46,237 nt of DNA from Nemertoderma westbladi (taxonomy: Eukaryota > Animalia > Xenacoelomorpha): the NCBI GenBank assembly GCA_032718475.1, contig JAUCBJ010007258.1:1-46237 (forward strand). Reading direction: 5' to 3'. Below, piece by piece: positions 12,181-23,420 of this stretch. Within the stretch, counting starts at the first letter, position 1; every line of letters starts with the position of its first letter. The translations under genes and the position numbers were made by a program. The notes beneath the pieces are model-generated. The model worked only from the letters and a program-made list of their open reading frames with translations, was not told the origin of the DNA and did not search any database.

Positions 12181-12701
12181 TTTTGCGTTATACGCTACTG
12201 TTAAAGGGACATCACGCTACTATATGTATTATTTAATATACGGTATGAGAGCAATATCGCACGAAGCAATGTCAGTGTGAAGAGGCAAGTCGTTTCCAAG
12301 GTCTACCCAGAGCTTGGTTTAGCCGAGACACGAGGATCTGAACTTTGCATTCCTAATACTCTGCCTACCAATAATACTTGAATATAGTAGTGGCTTTATT
12401 GTACTTTAATAAGTACGGACATTTCATCTTACTGTAGTCACGTATTTATAATATGATACGGACAGTAAGGAAAGAGGAAAAGAATTATTTCTTGCCGTCG
12501 CATTAAATATAATATATACGTAATTAAGTAATAAACGCGAATATATATTGCACTAATCTACTAAATAATCGCTAAAATAACATTCTACTGAATAAAATTA
12601 AAGAAAACGATTATAATAAAATTACATAGTAATACATACAGAAATATAAAAATAATAAAATAATATAAAATAATAGAGTCACACACCCACTCCATATGTT
12701 G

Positions 12702-15700
12702 TTACGTTATGGAGTCCCTAGATGTTTGAAGGATTAGGGAGGTGGTCGTGGGAAGAGAATCTTGCCTTCCACAGTTTCCGGAGAGTCCTCCATTCCCTTC
12801 CGGTAAACACAAACGACCGACTGGGTGATTGAGTCGCTGCATCCTGAATACAATTTCAGGTTTCCTCTTCGTCCTAGAATAGTGACGATAGAAACATCGC
12901 TCAAAGTATATGACGGCGTCACAAAGCCGATTCCAGGAGCTATAGTGGTCCGTCGCTCTCTGCAGGAGAGGTGAGAGTCCCTGCGAGACGTCTGATGTTC
13001 CAGAGCTCCAATCGCTCTCTCTGATCTTCATGAAGGATCCACTCGCGGTGGGGAGGTCCAGATCCACGGCGTCGTCCCTGGCAATATGTAATACCGACAG
13101 ATCTATCCCGGGTTCAAATAACTCCGCTCCACTCGTCCGGGTTTTAGGTTTAACTTTCTCCGCTCCCTTGGCTGGTCTAATCTCAGTCGGAGTAAGATGG
13201 GGAGGCCATTCATCCTCCTTACTCAGGAAGTCGGGTTCACCTAACCGGTTTGTAGTATCTGTCAGTTCTTGAGGAGTTGCTCCTCTGGAAGCGATGTCAG
13301 TTGGATTAAACTTCTTGTGGCAATATCTCCATTGATCTACATTGGAGCTAATATCGTCATTATCTGAGGAGTGTGGTGTTCCTTCAGTTGGGTCGTCTCC
13401 CTCACTAGTATCATCTTCCCATTCACTCACCTGGCGGACGCGATCTTGGAGCAGTCTTTCTCTGAGCGTTCTTCGGGAAGGTCCAGTAAGGTACCAACCT
13501 ACTCTAGTTCTTACCGCATAGGTCTGAAGTGGTTGCGGTTGAGTAGGTCGTTTCTCTAATGTCTCCAGCGCCTCATGCGCGTTTTGACCGATTAATATTT
13601 GTACTCCAGGATAATCGGTGTCGAATCTAGGGATGTTAAGTTGTTGGACATGATCATCTTCATCCCAATTATAAGGTTCAACTTGGGTGGTGGCGAAGTT
13701 CTTTATTGCCACCATTTTTACTGACCTTATACTGTATTCTCCTAGTTTATCCTGTGGAGTGGACAACTCTCCTATATAATAGTCGGCAGCTACAGTAGAA
13801 TTCCAAACCTGCATGATCCCTGACATGTTTAGCTTGGTTCGGAACTTGGGTTGTCCAGCAAAGATGACTTCGGCTAGTTCTTTATCGATGAATGTTCCTG
13901 TGCTACCGGAGTCCAGGAGGGCGTTCACTATATAGCTCTTCTGAGGTCCGTGGACCCGTAACTGGACTACAGGAAATTCTCGGATTCCTATATTGGAAGT
14001 TGGCGCTTTACAAGATGGTTGTTGATCTGAAGTAGTTAGGGTGAGGTCGCTGTCTGTGTCTTTCTCATACATGAGTGCTCGATACACTGCGGTGGTGTTT
14101 ATTAAGTAACAGGATTCGTTTTCGTCGGAGAACTCGTCCGTATAGAATCCTTCCATCTCAGATTGATCAGTGTCGTTCACATCACTGAATTGGACATGTA
14201 GTTCGGACTCACTTACCTGACTCGGGCTGTTTCGTTCGAATTCCGTGTGCAACAAGATATGATGTTTTGCGCCGCACTTTGCACACCTTGCATCGGAGTT
14301 ACAGGTTCGCCGTTGGTGTCCTCGTCTGAGGCAATTATAACACAACCGCTTATCCCACATGACTTCACGTCTATCCTCAAGTGATTTCCTCAGGAATTTA
14401 TCACACATGTTCAAACGGTGGGTCCCGTCACACAGCACACATTTCGGTTTGATGTTACTCACCTTACTCTGCGTCACATTGTGTACACTTGCCTTTTCTT
14501 CGGGCTTTCTCACCTGAATTCTCTTGGGAGACGTAGGAGGAGTTTTTCTTACCTGTTCTCTCCTGTCATTTGTTCGAGACTTGAATTTACTCACCTGATC
14601 TTTAGGCATTTTATTCACGTAATAAGATCTATCAGTGTCCTTCCCGCTATCTTCTCCTTGAGAAGTCTGGCTTTCGCCGTCGTCTGTGTAACACACTGGT
14701 GTTACCTTTCTCCTAGAGACGGGTTTTTCACTTACCTTGTTTTCCGGTGTCTTCTCTCTGGATTGCTTGAGGAGTTGCAATTTCACTTCTCCATCCAGGA
14801 ATGACATGAGATCTGCCATGGTAGGGTCTCGTCGTTGTTGTTCCATCATATATAACACCTTCTTGTCCCAGCGTGTACCTACTCCACCCTTGGGCAAAGT
14901 AGATGCTAAGGCTCCTACAACCATAGAATTCTGGTATTCATGAGACTTACCTAACCAATCTAGTTGTCTACAGATCTCCTGAATCTCATCGGAAAACTCT
15001 ATAATCCCGCTGCTAAGAAACTTTCGGGGCGCCATTAATTTCGCATATAAATACCTAGCTATGTTAGTCCTATTACCATACCTGATGTTTAGTGTATCCC
15101 AAACTTGTCTTAATCCATCTGGATGTCCAATAAATTTTAACGCCATTGACTTGGGAGATCCTTCCAAGCACTCGATGAGGAATCTAAGTTTCTCTCCATT
15201 AGATAGCACAGAGTTCTGTATGTTATCTTTGTAATATTCATTAAAAGGTAACCATTTCATCTCATCTCCATTGAACTTGACGATCTCTCCCACCTTTACC
15301 GCTTGTCGGGCTTCGGTTCTAGCCATTTGGCGTGTAAAACTTTCTTGAGCCATCGTGTTATTTAATATCGAGTTATCGGTATATAAATTTTTCGGATTAT
15401 GATCCGGTCTATAGGGAATATCATTATCAACAGGTCTATAATTACCCTTAATAGGGTTCACTATAGGAGTTTCTACTTCGCTAGCAGTATAGATGCGTGT
15501 AGGCTCCACACCTTGCGCATGTGGTACTTCAGACCTAACAGGTTGACACATTGTTACAGAGGGTGGTGGTATACCCTTTTGTAAGTTTACTAATTTATCG
15601 CATTCTAACGCGATACTTTGCTGCACTTCTTGCAACTCTAACTTACTTTCCCTCACTGTTCCCTTTAAATGTTGGACAGTCCCTTCTAACTCTCGGACCT

Positions 15701-17090
15701 GTTGGGAGGAGCGTATCCGATTCTCCTTCATCTCTCCGAGGAGAATATCCATCCCCCGCCGTCTCTCGTCTACCCAATCAACCGCCGAAACGGGATCCGC
15801 CAATGTCGTAGCGGGCAGACGAGGGACAACGGGCGACAAATCATGAATATCCAGGACCTGAACTGTCTCCTGGGCAGTTCTACGGGGCACAGGTAGCTTA
15901 GTGCTATGCAGAGGGAATTTATAGGTAGCTTCAGGGAGCACAGGTGTATCTATTACCGAAGGGGTGATTTCAAGAACAGGCCTACTTATTTCAGGCTCAT
16001 CTACTATAGTAGGGAGTCTTTCTATTTTAATTATTTGGTCTGTGGGCTCTGTACTACCTAAGTTGGTGTTATTTAGTTGCCTTCTAACAGCTGGAGGCAA
16101 ATCAGGCAATTTTTGACGGTGGAATGTTCTTTTACGTCTGCTGAGGCGAGATCGATTTCCTCCGCCTTCAGTGTCGGTGGTATCGCCTTCCTCAGATGAT
16201 GTATAACCCTGTCTTTTGGGAGTAGATCGATTCATCATCTGCATATTACTAGCTGTTAACTGTTTATTTATGCAGTCTTGATTCTCCTGAATGTTTTCCA
16301 ATTCTAATTGGATGGTTTCTTCAGCCGCCCTCCGTTCTGCTTCTGCTACTGCTATTTTTCTTTCCGCTTCGGCCGCAGCTGCCGCTTTTGCCTCTGCCGC
16401 TGCCGCTTTTGCCTCTGCCGCTGCCGCTGCCGCTTTTGCCTCTGCCGCTGCCTCTGCCGCTTTTCTATCCGCTTCTGCCGCTGCCACTGCCGCTGCTGCT
16501 GTCTTTCTATCTTCTATACGTTTTTTCTTTACTTGTTCTTCTTGGACTCGTGTCAGGCGGAGTTGTTCATCAAATTTAGCCTGATTCGCAGCCCTCATTT
16601 CCACATCGATGGCATCCAACACAAGCTTGGTTCCTTCACTATTAGGGCTAAGTCCCTCTAACCTTCTCCTCAACTCGTCATCACCTAAAAAACGTTGATA
16701 GTCTGACAGATAGATGTCAATGGCATCCCTCTTATGCGGTTTCTCTGCCGTCGCTTCACTTTCCACTTGGGAAAAAGTGGCGTCTGTTGATTCTCCATGG
16801 GTTGATCGCTCCTCTAGCTGAGCTTTCCACTGAGCAGTTCCTTGAACCTGGAGATTCACCCTTTGAAACCAAGTCTTGACGGCGACTTGCAACGACGTGT
16901 CTTGTCTTCGTTTAGAAGCCTCCTCAAAGGCCGATAAGATTAGCCTGATTCGTAGAATTCTTTCTCTAACTTGATAAAGCAGCAATCCCTGCTCTTGAGG
17001 TCCTTGAGGTTGATGAAACAGTTGTTCTTTTAATCGCTCTATAGAGCTGAAGAATCGCTGTGCGTATCCATGGCTGCGGACCTCTTCCAC
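12702..17090 (-). CDS. Bel/Pao Gag-protease polyprotein with RNase H-end and pol C-terminal stubs (1462 aa; true start probably 17680 across a frameshift)
   Basis: DUF1759-like capsid region (KFNGDEMKWLPF...LSNGEKLRFLIECLEG...WDTLNIRYG), triple zinc knuckle (CVLCDGTHRLNMC, CYNCLRRGHQRRTC, CAKCGAKHHILLH), protease ALLDSGS...ILIG and the Pao motif WRYC...NPTDIASRG. No YxDD RT motif and no integrase core. Confidence 0.92.
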   Translation of the reverse strand: MEEVRSHGYAQRFFSSIERLKEQLFHQPQGPQEQGLLLYQVRERILRIRLILSAFEEASKRRQDTSLQVAVKTWFQRVNLQVQGTAQWKAQLEERSTHGESTDATFSQVESEATAEKPHKRDAIDIYLSDYQRFLGDDELRRRLEGLSPNSEGTKLVLDAIDVEMRAANQAKFDEQLRLTRVQEEQVKKKRIEDRKTAAAAVAAAEADRKAAEAAAEAKAAAAAAEAKAAAAEAKAAAAAEAERKIAVAEAERRAAEETIQLELENIQENQDCINKQLTASNMQMMNRSTPKRQGYTSSEEGDTTDTEGGGNRSRLSRRKRTFHRQKLPDLPPAVRRQLNNTNLGSTEPTDQIIKIERLPTIVDEPEISRPVLEITPSVIDTPVLPEATYKFPLHSTKLPVPRRTAQETVQVLDIHDLSPVVPRLPATTLADPVSAVDWVDERRRGMDILLGEMKENRIRSSQQVRELEGTVQHLKGTVRESKLELQEVQQSIALECDKLVNLQKGIPPPSVTMCQPVRSEVPHAQGVEPTRIYTASEVETPIVNPIKGNYRPVDNDIPYRPDHNPKNLYTDNSILNNTMAQESFTRQMARTEARQAVKVGEIVKFNGDEMKWLPFNEYYKDNIQNSVLSNGEKLRFLIECLEGSPKSMALKFIGHPDGLRQVWDTLNIRYGNRTNIARYLYAKLMAPRKFLSSGIIEFSDEIQEICRQLDWLGKSHEYQNSMVVGALASTLPKGGVGTRWDKKVLYMMEQQRRDPTMADLMSFLDGEVKLQLLKQSREKTPENKVSEKPVSRRKVTPVCYTDDGESQTSQGEDSGKDTDRSYYVNKMPKDQVSKFKSRTNDRREQVRKTPPTSPKRIQVRKPEEKASVHNVTQSKVSNIKPKCVLCDGTHRLNMCDKFLRKSLEDRREVMWDKRLCYNCLRRGHQRRTCNSDARCAKCGAKHHILLHTEFERNSPSQVSESELHVQFSDVNDTDQSEMEGFYTDEFSDENESCYLINTTAVYRALMYEKDTDSDLTLTTSDQQPSCKAPTSNIGIREFPVVQLRVHGPQKSYIVNALLDSGSTGTFIDKELAEVIFAGQPKFRTKLNMSGIMQVWNSTVAADYYIGELSTPQDKLGEYSIRSVKMVAIKNFATTQVEPYNWDEDDHVQQLNIPRFDTDYPGVQILIGQNAHEALETLEKRPTQPQPLQTYAVRTRVGWYLTGPSRRTLRERLLQDRVRQVSEWEDDTSEGDDPTEGTPHSSDNDDISSNVDQWRYCHKKFNPTDIASRGATPQELTDTTNRLGEPDFLSKEDEWPPHLTPTEIRPAKGAEKVKPKTRTSGAELFEPGIDLSVLHIARDDAVDLDLPTASGSFMKIRESDWSSGTSDVSQGLSPLLQRATDHYSSWNRLCDAVIYFERCFYRHYSRTKRKPEIVFRMQRLNHPVGRLCLPEGNGGLSGNCGRQDSLPTTTSLILQTSRDSIT

Positions 17091-17680
17091 ACAGCTGGAT
17101 CGATGGTTTCCTTGGCTACTCCCATTCGGTGTATGTCTTCCCAGGCAGCTTCTGATAAATCAAACGGGAGTCCGGGTCCGGGGAAGTTCCATTGCGACTC
17201 GACAATAGAGTTCAGTTCTTCCCTCGTGTACCCCGCATAACTATCTCTAGTTGATCGTTGACTCCTCGCCCAATCGATCTGGTGTTCTTCCACAGCGATC
17301 AATAACCTAGTGAGTACGGCTGCAGGAAGGATGAGAAGGGGATCCGTATAAACCGCATCCGTCGTCTCTGCTCCGCGCTCGGGTGTCAGCTCTACAGTAT
17401 CCTCACTACTGGAGCTGCTGGGCCGCTGAGGAATAAGTTCTTGACTCGCGGGTTGTTGCTGTTCCGCTGCTTCTTGGTCCCGCTTGACCTGAGCTCGAGT
17501 GCCTATTATAGACCTACGATGTTGGACTAGCCTAGGTTCTGTTATTACTACTGGAGTGATGACCTTCCTCACAGTGGGAGGTGAACTGAACTTACGACTA
17601 GAGGGTTCTACACCTCTATCTGAGTCGCAGATAGTTACATCTAATAGACTGTCTGACAGGTTCTGCTTAGTATCAGACAT
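17039..17680 (-). CDS. gag: N-terminal part of the Gag polyprotein of copy C, separated by a frameshift at ~17070
   Basis: Homologous to the first ~200 aa of the uninterrupted ORF of copy A. Confidence 0.8.
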   Translation of the reverse strand: MSDTKQNLSDSLLDVTICDSDRGVEPSSRKFSSPPTVRKVITPVVITEPRLVQHRRSIIGTRAQVKRDQEAAEQQQPASQELIPQRPSSSSSEDTVELTPERGAETTDAVYTDPLLILPAAVLTRLLIAVEEHQIDWARSQRSTRDSYAGYTREELNSIVESQWNFPGPGLPFDLSEAAWEDIHRMGVAKETIDPAVWKRSAAMDTHSDSSAL

Positions 17681-18989
17681 ATTTGTGAGTACAGTTGAAT
17701 GCCTACTGCTATATTACAGTCTAAGCAAGTCTAGTAATTCAGTATCAACTGCTAGCCTAGTAATTAATTACCGATACTGCTACTCAGTGTAGCGTGATAT
17801 ATATAATATATTAAATACCGGTATGCTTATAGTATATATAAGTATTATTACAGACTAGGTTTATCTCAGAATACCGGTATAATTTTAGCACAAATATATA
17901 AATATATAATAGGCCTATCGGGAATACCAGTATACAGCTTACAGTTTGTAGTATATATAATTCTGGACTAGAATTAATTACAAGTACCGGTATAATTTCA
18001 GCCTAAATTTACAGAAATAAAGATAATAGGCCTATCGTGAATACCGGTATATCAATTATTTTAAATAATTGAATTTCTGAATTTTAGGGTTACTTTGTTA
18101 CTTTACTTACTTTATTACCGTTATTTGAGCAGTAGTCCAACTGATATTGAGACCTAATTGTTGTATGGCAGGCCTACTATTTATAAATCGTTTGAGTTGA
18201 TTTATAATATATATATACCCGTTTAATGGGTTTTGTCAATGTTGAAATAAATGTTATTATTTCTGGGGGGTAATCACTGCACAAAGCGGTACGCTTTCAG
18301 TGAAGTGTTACTTATAGGACACTAAAACAAATAATACTAATTTACCTAAGTTACTTAATACTACAAATTACGTACAATTCGGGTTGAGATTACAATCTCT
18401 AAATAAACACAAAAATTTACAAAAAACACAAAATACGAATTTTTAGGGTAATTTTACAAGAAGTCTACAAACCAGCCTAACAAAGGGTTAGAAAACTGGT
18501 TATTACAATGGACAGGGTATTGCGGTATTTGAAAATAATACGTAGTAGTAAATACACTGCGTTGTCCAGATAGGAAAATACCACCGCCTGACGACCTATA
18601 GCCGTATCGCTACAGGTTCTACGTTATGTATCACGGAGTGTTCCTACCTAGAAGTTAATAGAGCTAATCGAACGTGCCTATCAACCACTTTACAACACAA
18701 ATATAATGCCTACTAATTACTTTCGGAAAGCACTGTACACTAAACCCTAAATTAGGTACGAGTACTTGTACAACAGATAATCAGTAGTTAAATATACTTG
18801 AACAGCTAAAAGAACCACGGCATCTGCTGGAGTGACCGATGCACAAAATCACCAGTCTTTACCTACGCCAAGCAGCCCGTGTAGTACCGGGGTTAATTTA
18901 ACTATAGCGGTATGTATAACAAACACAATTATTGTAGGAACAAACTTGGGGAATGAATGTTGCGAATAATCGCATAAACTCTGAATAAT

Positions 18990-19560
18990 AAATATTACGC
19001 TACGCGTACAAACTACTCAAACAAAATGCAGACCGAACACTGACAGACTACTATCAAGCCTAAACAAACTACGGTATATGCAGACTCCGAAATAATTAGG
19101 TAGTATGCGTTCTAACCCAGTAGTACGACTTATTCTTTAATTGGGGGTTTACCTTACAGCATTCGCTGCCCCTACTTCCTAACCGTTCTTTATCGGACAA
19201 GTGATCTACACACGCTGCAATCCGTTCAGACCCAATAACAGCCAGACAACTATCCAGCCTACAAATTATCTAAATAAATATTATACGCTACCCGTACAGA
19301 CTTACACAAACAAAGTACAGACTAAACGATGGCAGACTACTCTCAAGCCTAAATAAACTACAGGACATGCAGACTCCGAAATGATTAGGGAGTATGCGTT
19401 CTAACCCAGTAGTACGACTTATTCTTTAGTTGGGGGTTTACCTTACAGCATTCGCTGCCCCTACTTCCTAACCGTACTTAATCGGACAGGTGATCTACAC
19501 ACACTGCAATCCGTTCAGACTTAACAGCAATCAGACAACAGCTCAGCCTACAAATCGTCT
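18990..19560. repeat. Two ~289-bp tandem repeats in the leader of copy C
   Basis: Marker CAGACTAC at 19044 and 19333; homologous to 2776-3345. Confidence 0.85.
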
Positions 19561-19926
19561 GTACAATCTGATCAGGTTTACACGCCTTCTGTTCAATACT
19601 GGCCTACAAATAAATAAAACTTGACAGAAATAGGCCTAAGTAAAATCCCAATAAAAACCAGGCGTCCCCGATTAATTATTAAGACCTACTGGTATATAAT
19701 AATAAAAATCGAATAATACTGCTGTACCTGTACTGCTGTAGGTACCGGTCCGGGTGGTTAGGTAGTCAGGCCTACTGGGTACCGGTTGCCGGTACTTCAG
19801 CTTTATTGCCTACTGCAATACAGAAGCAATATCCGTTATTGTTCTTACCAGAACAATATTAAACTGTATTTAATGCCTACACTGCAATACAGACTAGATA
19901 TCCGTTATTGTTCGCACTTTCAGACC

Positions 19927-19948
19927 TTTGGCAGTTTAACCCGCCAAA
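19927..19948 (-). promoter_or_regulatory. PBS-position motif / stem-loop of copy C
   Basis: Sense strand TTTGGCGG-GTTAAA-CTGCCAAA; TGG 8 nt after the LTR end. Confidence 0.6.
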
Positions 19949-19954
19949 TTAGGA

Positions 19955-21111
19955 TGTCTTCTAGATAATAAATCGCTTTTAGCCTCTGACAAGTATTTGA
20001 TTCACTACACTAGTTGAAACCAATCTGTGCGCGATCATTCACCCGCTGGATATACCCGGGAGATTGACTTCGACAGCTTAATCTTATTGCTATGTAAGCC
20101 TAATGTATTATTCGACTGACAGTATTATATAATCTCTGACAATATTATTCACCTTCGGGGAATATTAACAGTTCCCTTTGGACGTGGCGCTCTATCTATA
20201 TAAACAGAGCTATGACTTAAACTACACGCAACGATATGGCTCAGTTATAATTCGCATATATGGCGCATTCTTTAGGAAATGCTTCGTTATCAGTCTCACT
20301 CATACACAATGCTGCACAATACTGCACACTGATCTGCCGATCTTCACTGATTTTAGTCACATATAAAAGGAACACAGACCGACTCATGTAGGGTCTATCA
20401 GATAACATTAGATTCACTTCAAACCACTTTAACATAAGTCACAATCGTTATATGTAACCTTTCTCTCTTACCTTCGGTATATCAAGAATATTGGGTTTTC
20501 GGGGTTATTTCTCGTTATTGTTATTCCAAATATAATATTTCATCAACAAAGATAATGAATAACCGACAGCAAAAGCAGTAATGTTAAGTAAGATATGTAT
20601 GATATGTTAAGTTATGGATAGTTTGTTTGATTAGATAACGGATATATGTCCTTATAATTAAGCCTACTAGTGTTAGGCTAAAAGCAGAAAAGCACAAAAT
20701 ATTCCAAAGCCGTTCTTTCCTGGCTCAGGACAGAATGTAAACACTGCCCATAAAGCATTACGTGATTTCTCGGAAATTTCTGTACAAGAGCCGTAAAAAC
20801 GCTCTGATTGGTTGACTAAACTAAGAGATGCCGTAGAACAAAGAAAATTGACACGTATGAATATTGCAGCTGTTAACCGTCGTCATAGTAACTACTGTTC
20901 AAGAGTATCTAGCCCCTTTTGCGTCACGGAATTGCCATAGAATCATCAACTATGCCTTCCACAGTACACATACGGAGGAAATAGCTCTTAGATCCTCTAA
21001 AAAACACCGATACAGCAATAATACGGTCTCTTACGCCTATTAAATCAACTACAGAGTATTTTAATGTAAAAATAAGAAAAATAACGGGGCAATTCAGCAA
21101 AGGCTTTTACA
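19955..21111 (-). repeat. LTR C (1157 bp), 5' LTR of copy C
   Basis: TGT...ACA termini; homology to LTR B stops exactly at 21111, where LINE-derived sequence begins. Confidence 0.92.
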
Positions 21112-21404
21112 GATCCTATTAAGGAGATCTGTATTGAAGGTGGTACTATCGATTCAGGTGTTAATTTATCGAACCACAGTGCAATTTATATGAAGTTTAA
21201 TGCTGAAATGGGATCAGATCATTTATTTAGTACTGGCATTGATACTCAAATTCATTCTAGTATAAATTTTTCTAAAGCAAGTAACGATGAAAATAAATTA
21301 TTTTTAGAATCATTGGTGAACAATTTGAATACTTTGCTGGATATTGAATATGGGTATTTTCACTGTAATAATACTAATTGTAATTGAGGCTTTTGAATCG
21401 TACA
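21112..21404 (+). mobile_element. Fragment of an APE-endonuclease LINE, target of the LTR-element insertion
   Basis: Near-identical to 31906-32198 (NLSNHSAI, a degenerate SDH motif). Confidence 0.85.
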
Positions 21405-21576
21405 CGTTGTGGGGTCTTCGAGCAGCACGTGTTCAAATGTTCAATGAAAGCACCTGTACGTACAGTATGTAAGCTACTATAAAGTAATATACTTAAGTTC
21501 AAGCTAACCAATTATAGCACAAACAAATTATAATAACTGAATAAAACATATGTAAATTTATTTTTATATATATATA

Positions 21577-23420
21577 GCTCAGGCTGGGTACGACCTCAAA
21601 AACTTTTGGAATTTAACCAAGGTTAAGCGCACTCCTTCAGCACCCCAACAGGTCTGGGCTGAAGAGTGGTCCTCACATTTCAAGTTCTTCTCCCTACTAA
21701 CTAACCCGGGATGTCGACACAAAACTTCCTGATTTACCTAGCCAGCCAGTCCCGGATCTGGATCGTCCAATCGAAACAGTGGAGGTGACTTCTGCCATTC
21801 ACTCGCAGAAGAACCATAAGGCTGCTGGTCCCGATGGTGTTTCGAATGAATTGCTAAAGTTTGGCTTTGGCATCCTCCTTCCTTTCCTCCTCATCTTATT
21901 TTCTAGATGTTTCTCCGCTGCAGTCTGCCCAATTGTCTGGCTGACCTCGTATTTATTGCCCCTGCACAAGGGGAAGGGGCCTAAGAGCTCTCCTAACTCT
22001 TACCGCGGCATTGCCTTACTATCCTGTCTACTATAGGCTTATACTACAATCCTTTTCAACAGACTATATACCTGGGCAGGATCCGCCAGATTCCTCCCAG
22101 ACTGCCAGTTTGGGTTTCGGAAAGGACGCCCAACAATCCAGGCAGGCACAAGTCTAATCTCCCAGATACAGCAGGCCCTGAGTACACCACGGGGCAACAA
22201 ATACTGTGTTTTCGTGGATTTTACTAAGGCGTTCGATTCCGGTAATAGAAAGAAACTTTGTTTCAAGCTGTCCAAGTTGGGGGTGAGCCGGGCTTTTATC
22301 GCTGCCCTGTTGGCATTATTAGCCACCAACTTCGTTTGTATCTGTCTAGGGTTATACATTTTGGACCCGATAACTCAATCCATTGGTGTGATCCAAGGGG
22401 ACAAGCTTTTTCCTTTGCTTTTTAGTTTGTTCCTAGCCGATCTTCCAACTGTTTTAGCCGCAGCATGTAGTGGCCTATTACTATTTATGTACGCAGATGA
22501 CGTCGCCATTGTTGGAAACACGATCGCCAAAGTCCAGGATGGTCTCGACACTTTATCGGACTACTGTAAAGAAAACGACATCATCGTTAATGAGAAGAAA
22601 ACCAAAGCCATCAAATTCTGCCGAGGGGGTCGTCTCTGCCGCTCGGACAAACTCACTTACTGCGGCTCACCTATTGAGTTCGTCAACTCCTTTGAGTATC
22701 TCTGAGTAGTGCTCACACCCGCAGTTGGTTCTTCGTGGCACTACAGTTATCTATATAAACGCGGCATCTCTGCCTGCATCCGCCTGGCGACTACAATTAA
22801 TTTTAATTTAATCTCGATAACATCAGCAAGGCGCCTATGGCACCAGGTAATTGCCCCTTCCACAACCTGCGGATGTTGTGTGTATGGCATTAATGCTGAC
22901 GATGCCAATAATTTAGAACATGTAGTGAAACTCCGTGCTTTCTTCTGGAAACTTTGGTGCGGGATCAGCAAGTACTCCAGCTCCACAGCTAAATATCCAC
23001 ACTAAATGCTGTGGATAACTCACCGGACCGAAGCGATCCTTCATTACTTTCACATCCAAAACTGACTGGCATCAGGCGTCGAGCAGTTGTCCAGTTCATC
23101 AGAAATGGGTCGCACCACAAGTTCTGCCGGGACAAAAAGTGTTGGAAGGCGACACCCGCATGCATCTGTCTTTTCTGTGGGGATGCGGCTACAGAGTCGG
23201 TCCACTGCACAGCACAGGTCTTCCCTCTGTCCCAAACATCCTTAAAAAGGCGCTGGCCCTTTACATCTCGAAACGCCCTGGCTAACTCATCATTTTTAAC
23301 ATGTTTTAATAGTCTGAATTAATTTTTATTTATCTATTTATTCTTAGTTTTTCTGTAAATTATGTACGTTTTATTGCTCCAAAATGGTTTGGATTAAAGA
23401 AACAATTATTCATTAAATAG
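21577..23420 (+). mobile_element. 5'-truncated decayed non-LTR retrotransposon (RT domain; clade unresolved)
   Basis: One frame 21779-23005 with two in-frame stops (22034, 22703): KAAGPDG, YRGIALLS, QFGFRKGR, FVDFTKAFDS, GVIQGDKL, MYADD, FEYL. Cys-rich C-terminus and AT-rich 3' end; boundaries approximate. Confidence 0.88.

Larger units (their letters stand above)
8505..21111 (-). mobile_element. Bel/Pao copy C: LTR-bounded 12.6-kb non-autonomous element (Gag-PR, no RT or IN)
   Basis: LTR - PBS-position motif - 2.3 kb leader - gag/protease ORF - 3 kb 3' region - PPT - LTR. Confidence 0.9.

Noticed and set aside
17055-17095. Programmed ribosomal frameshift between the 213-aa and 1462-aa ORFs
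   Set aside because: Copy A is in frame at the same place and there is no slippery heptamer.
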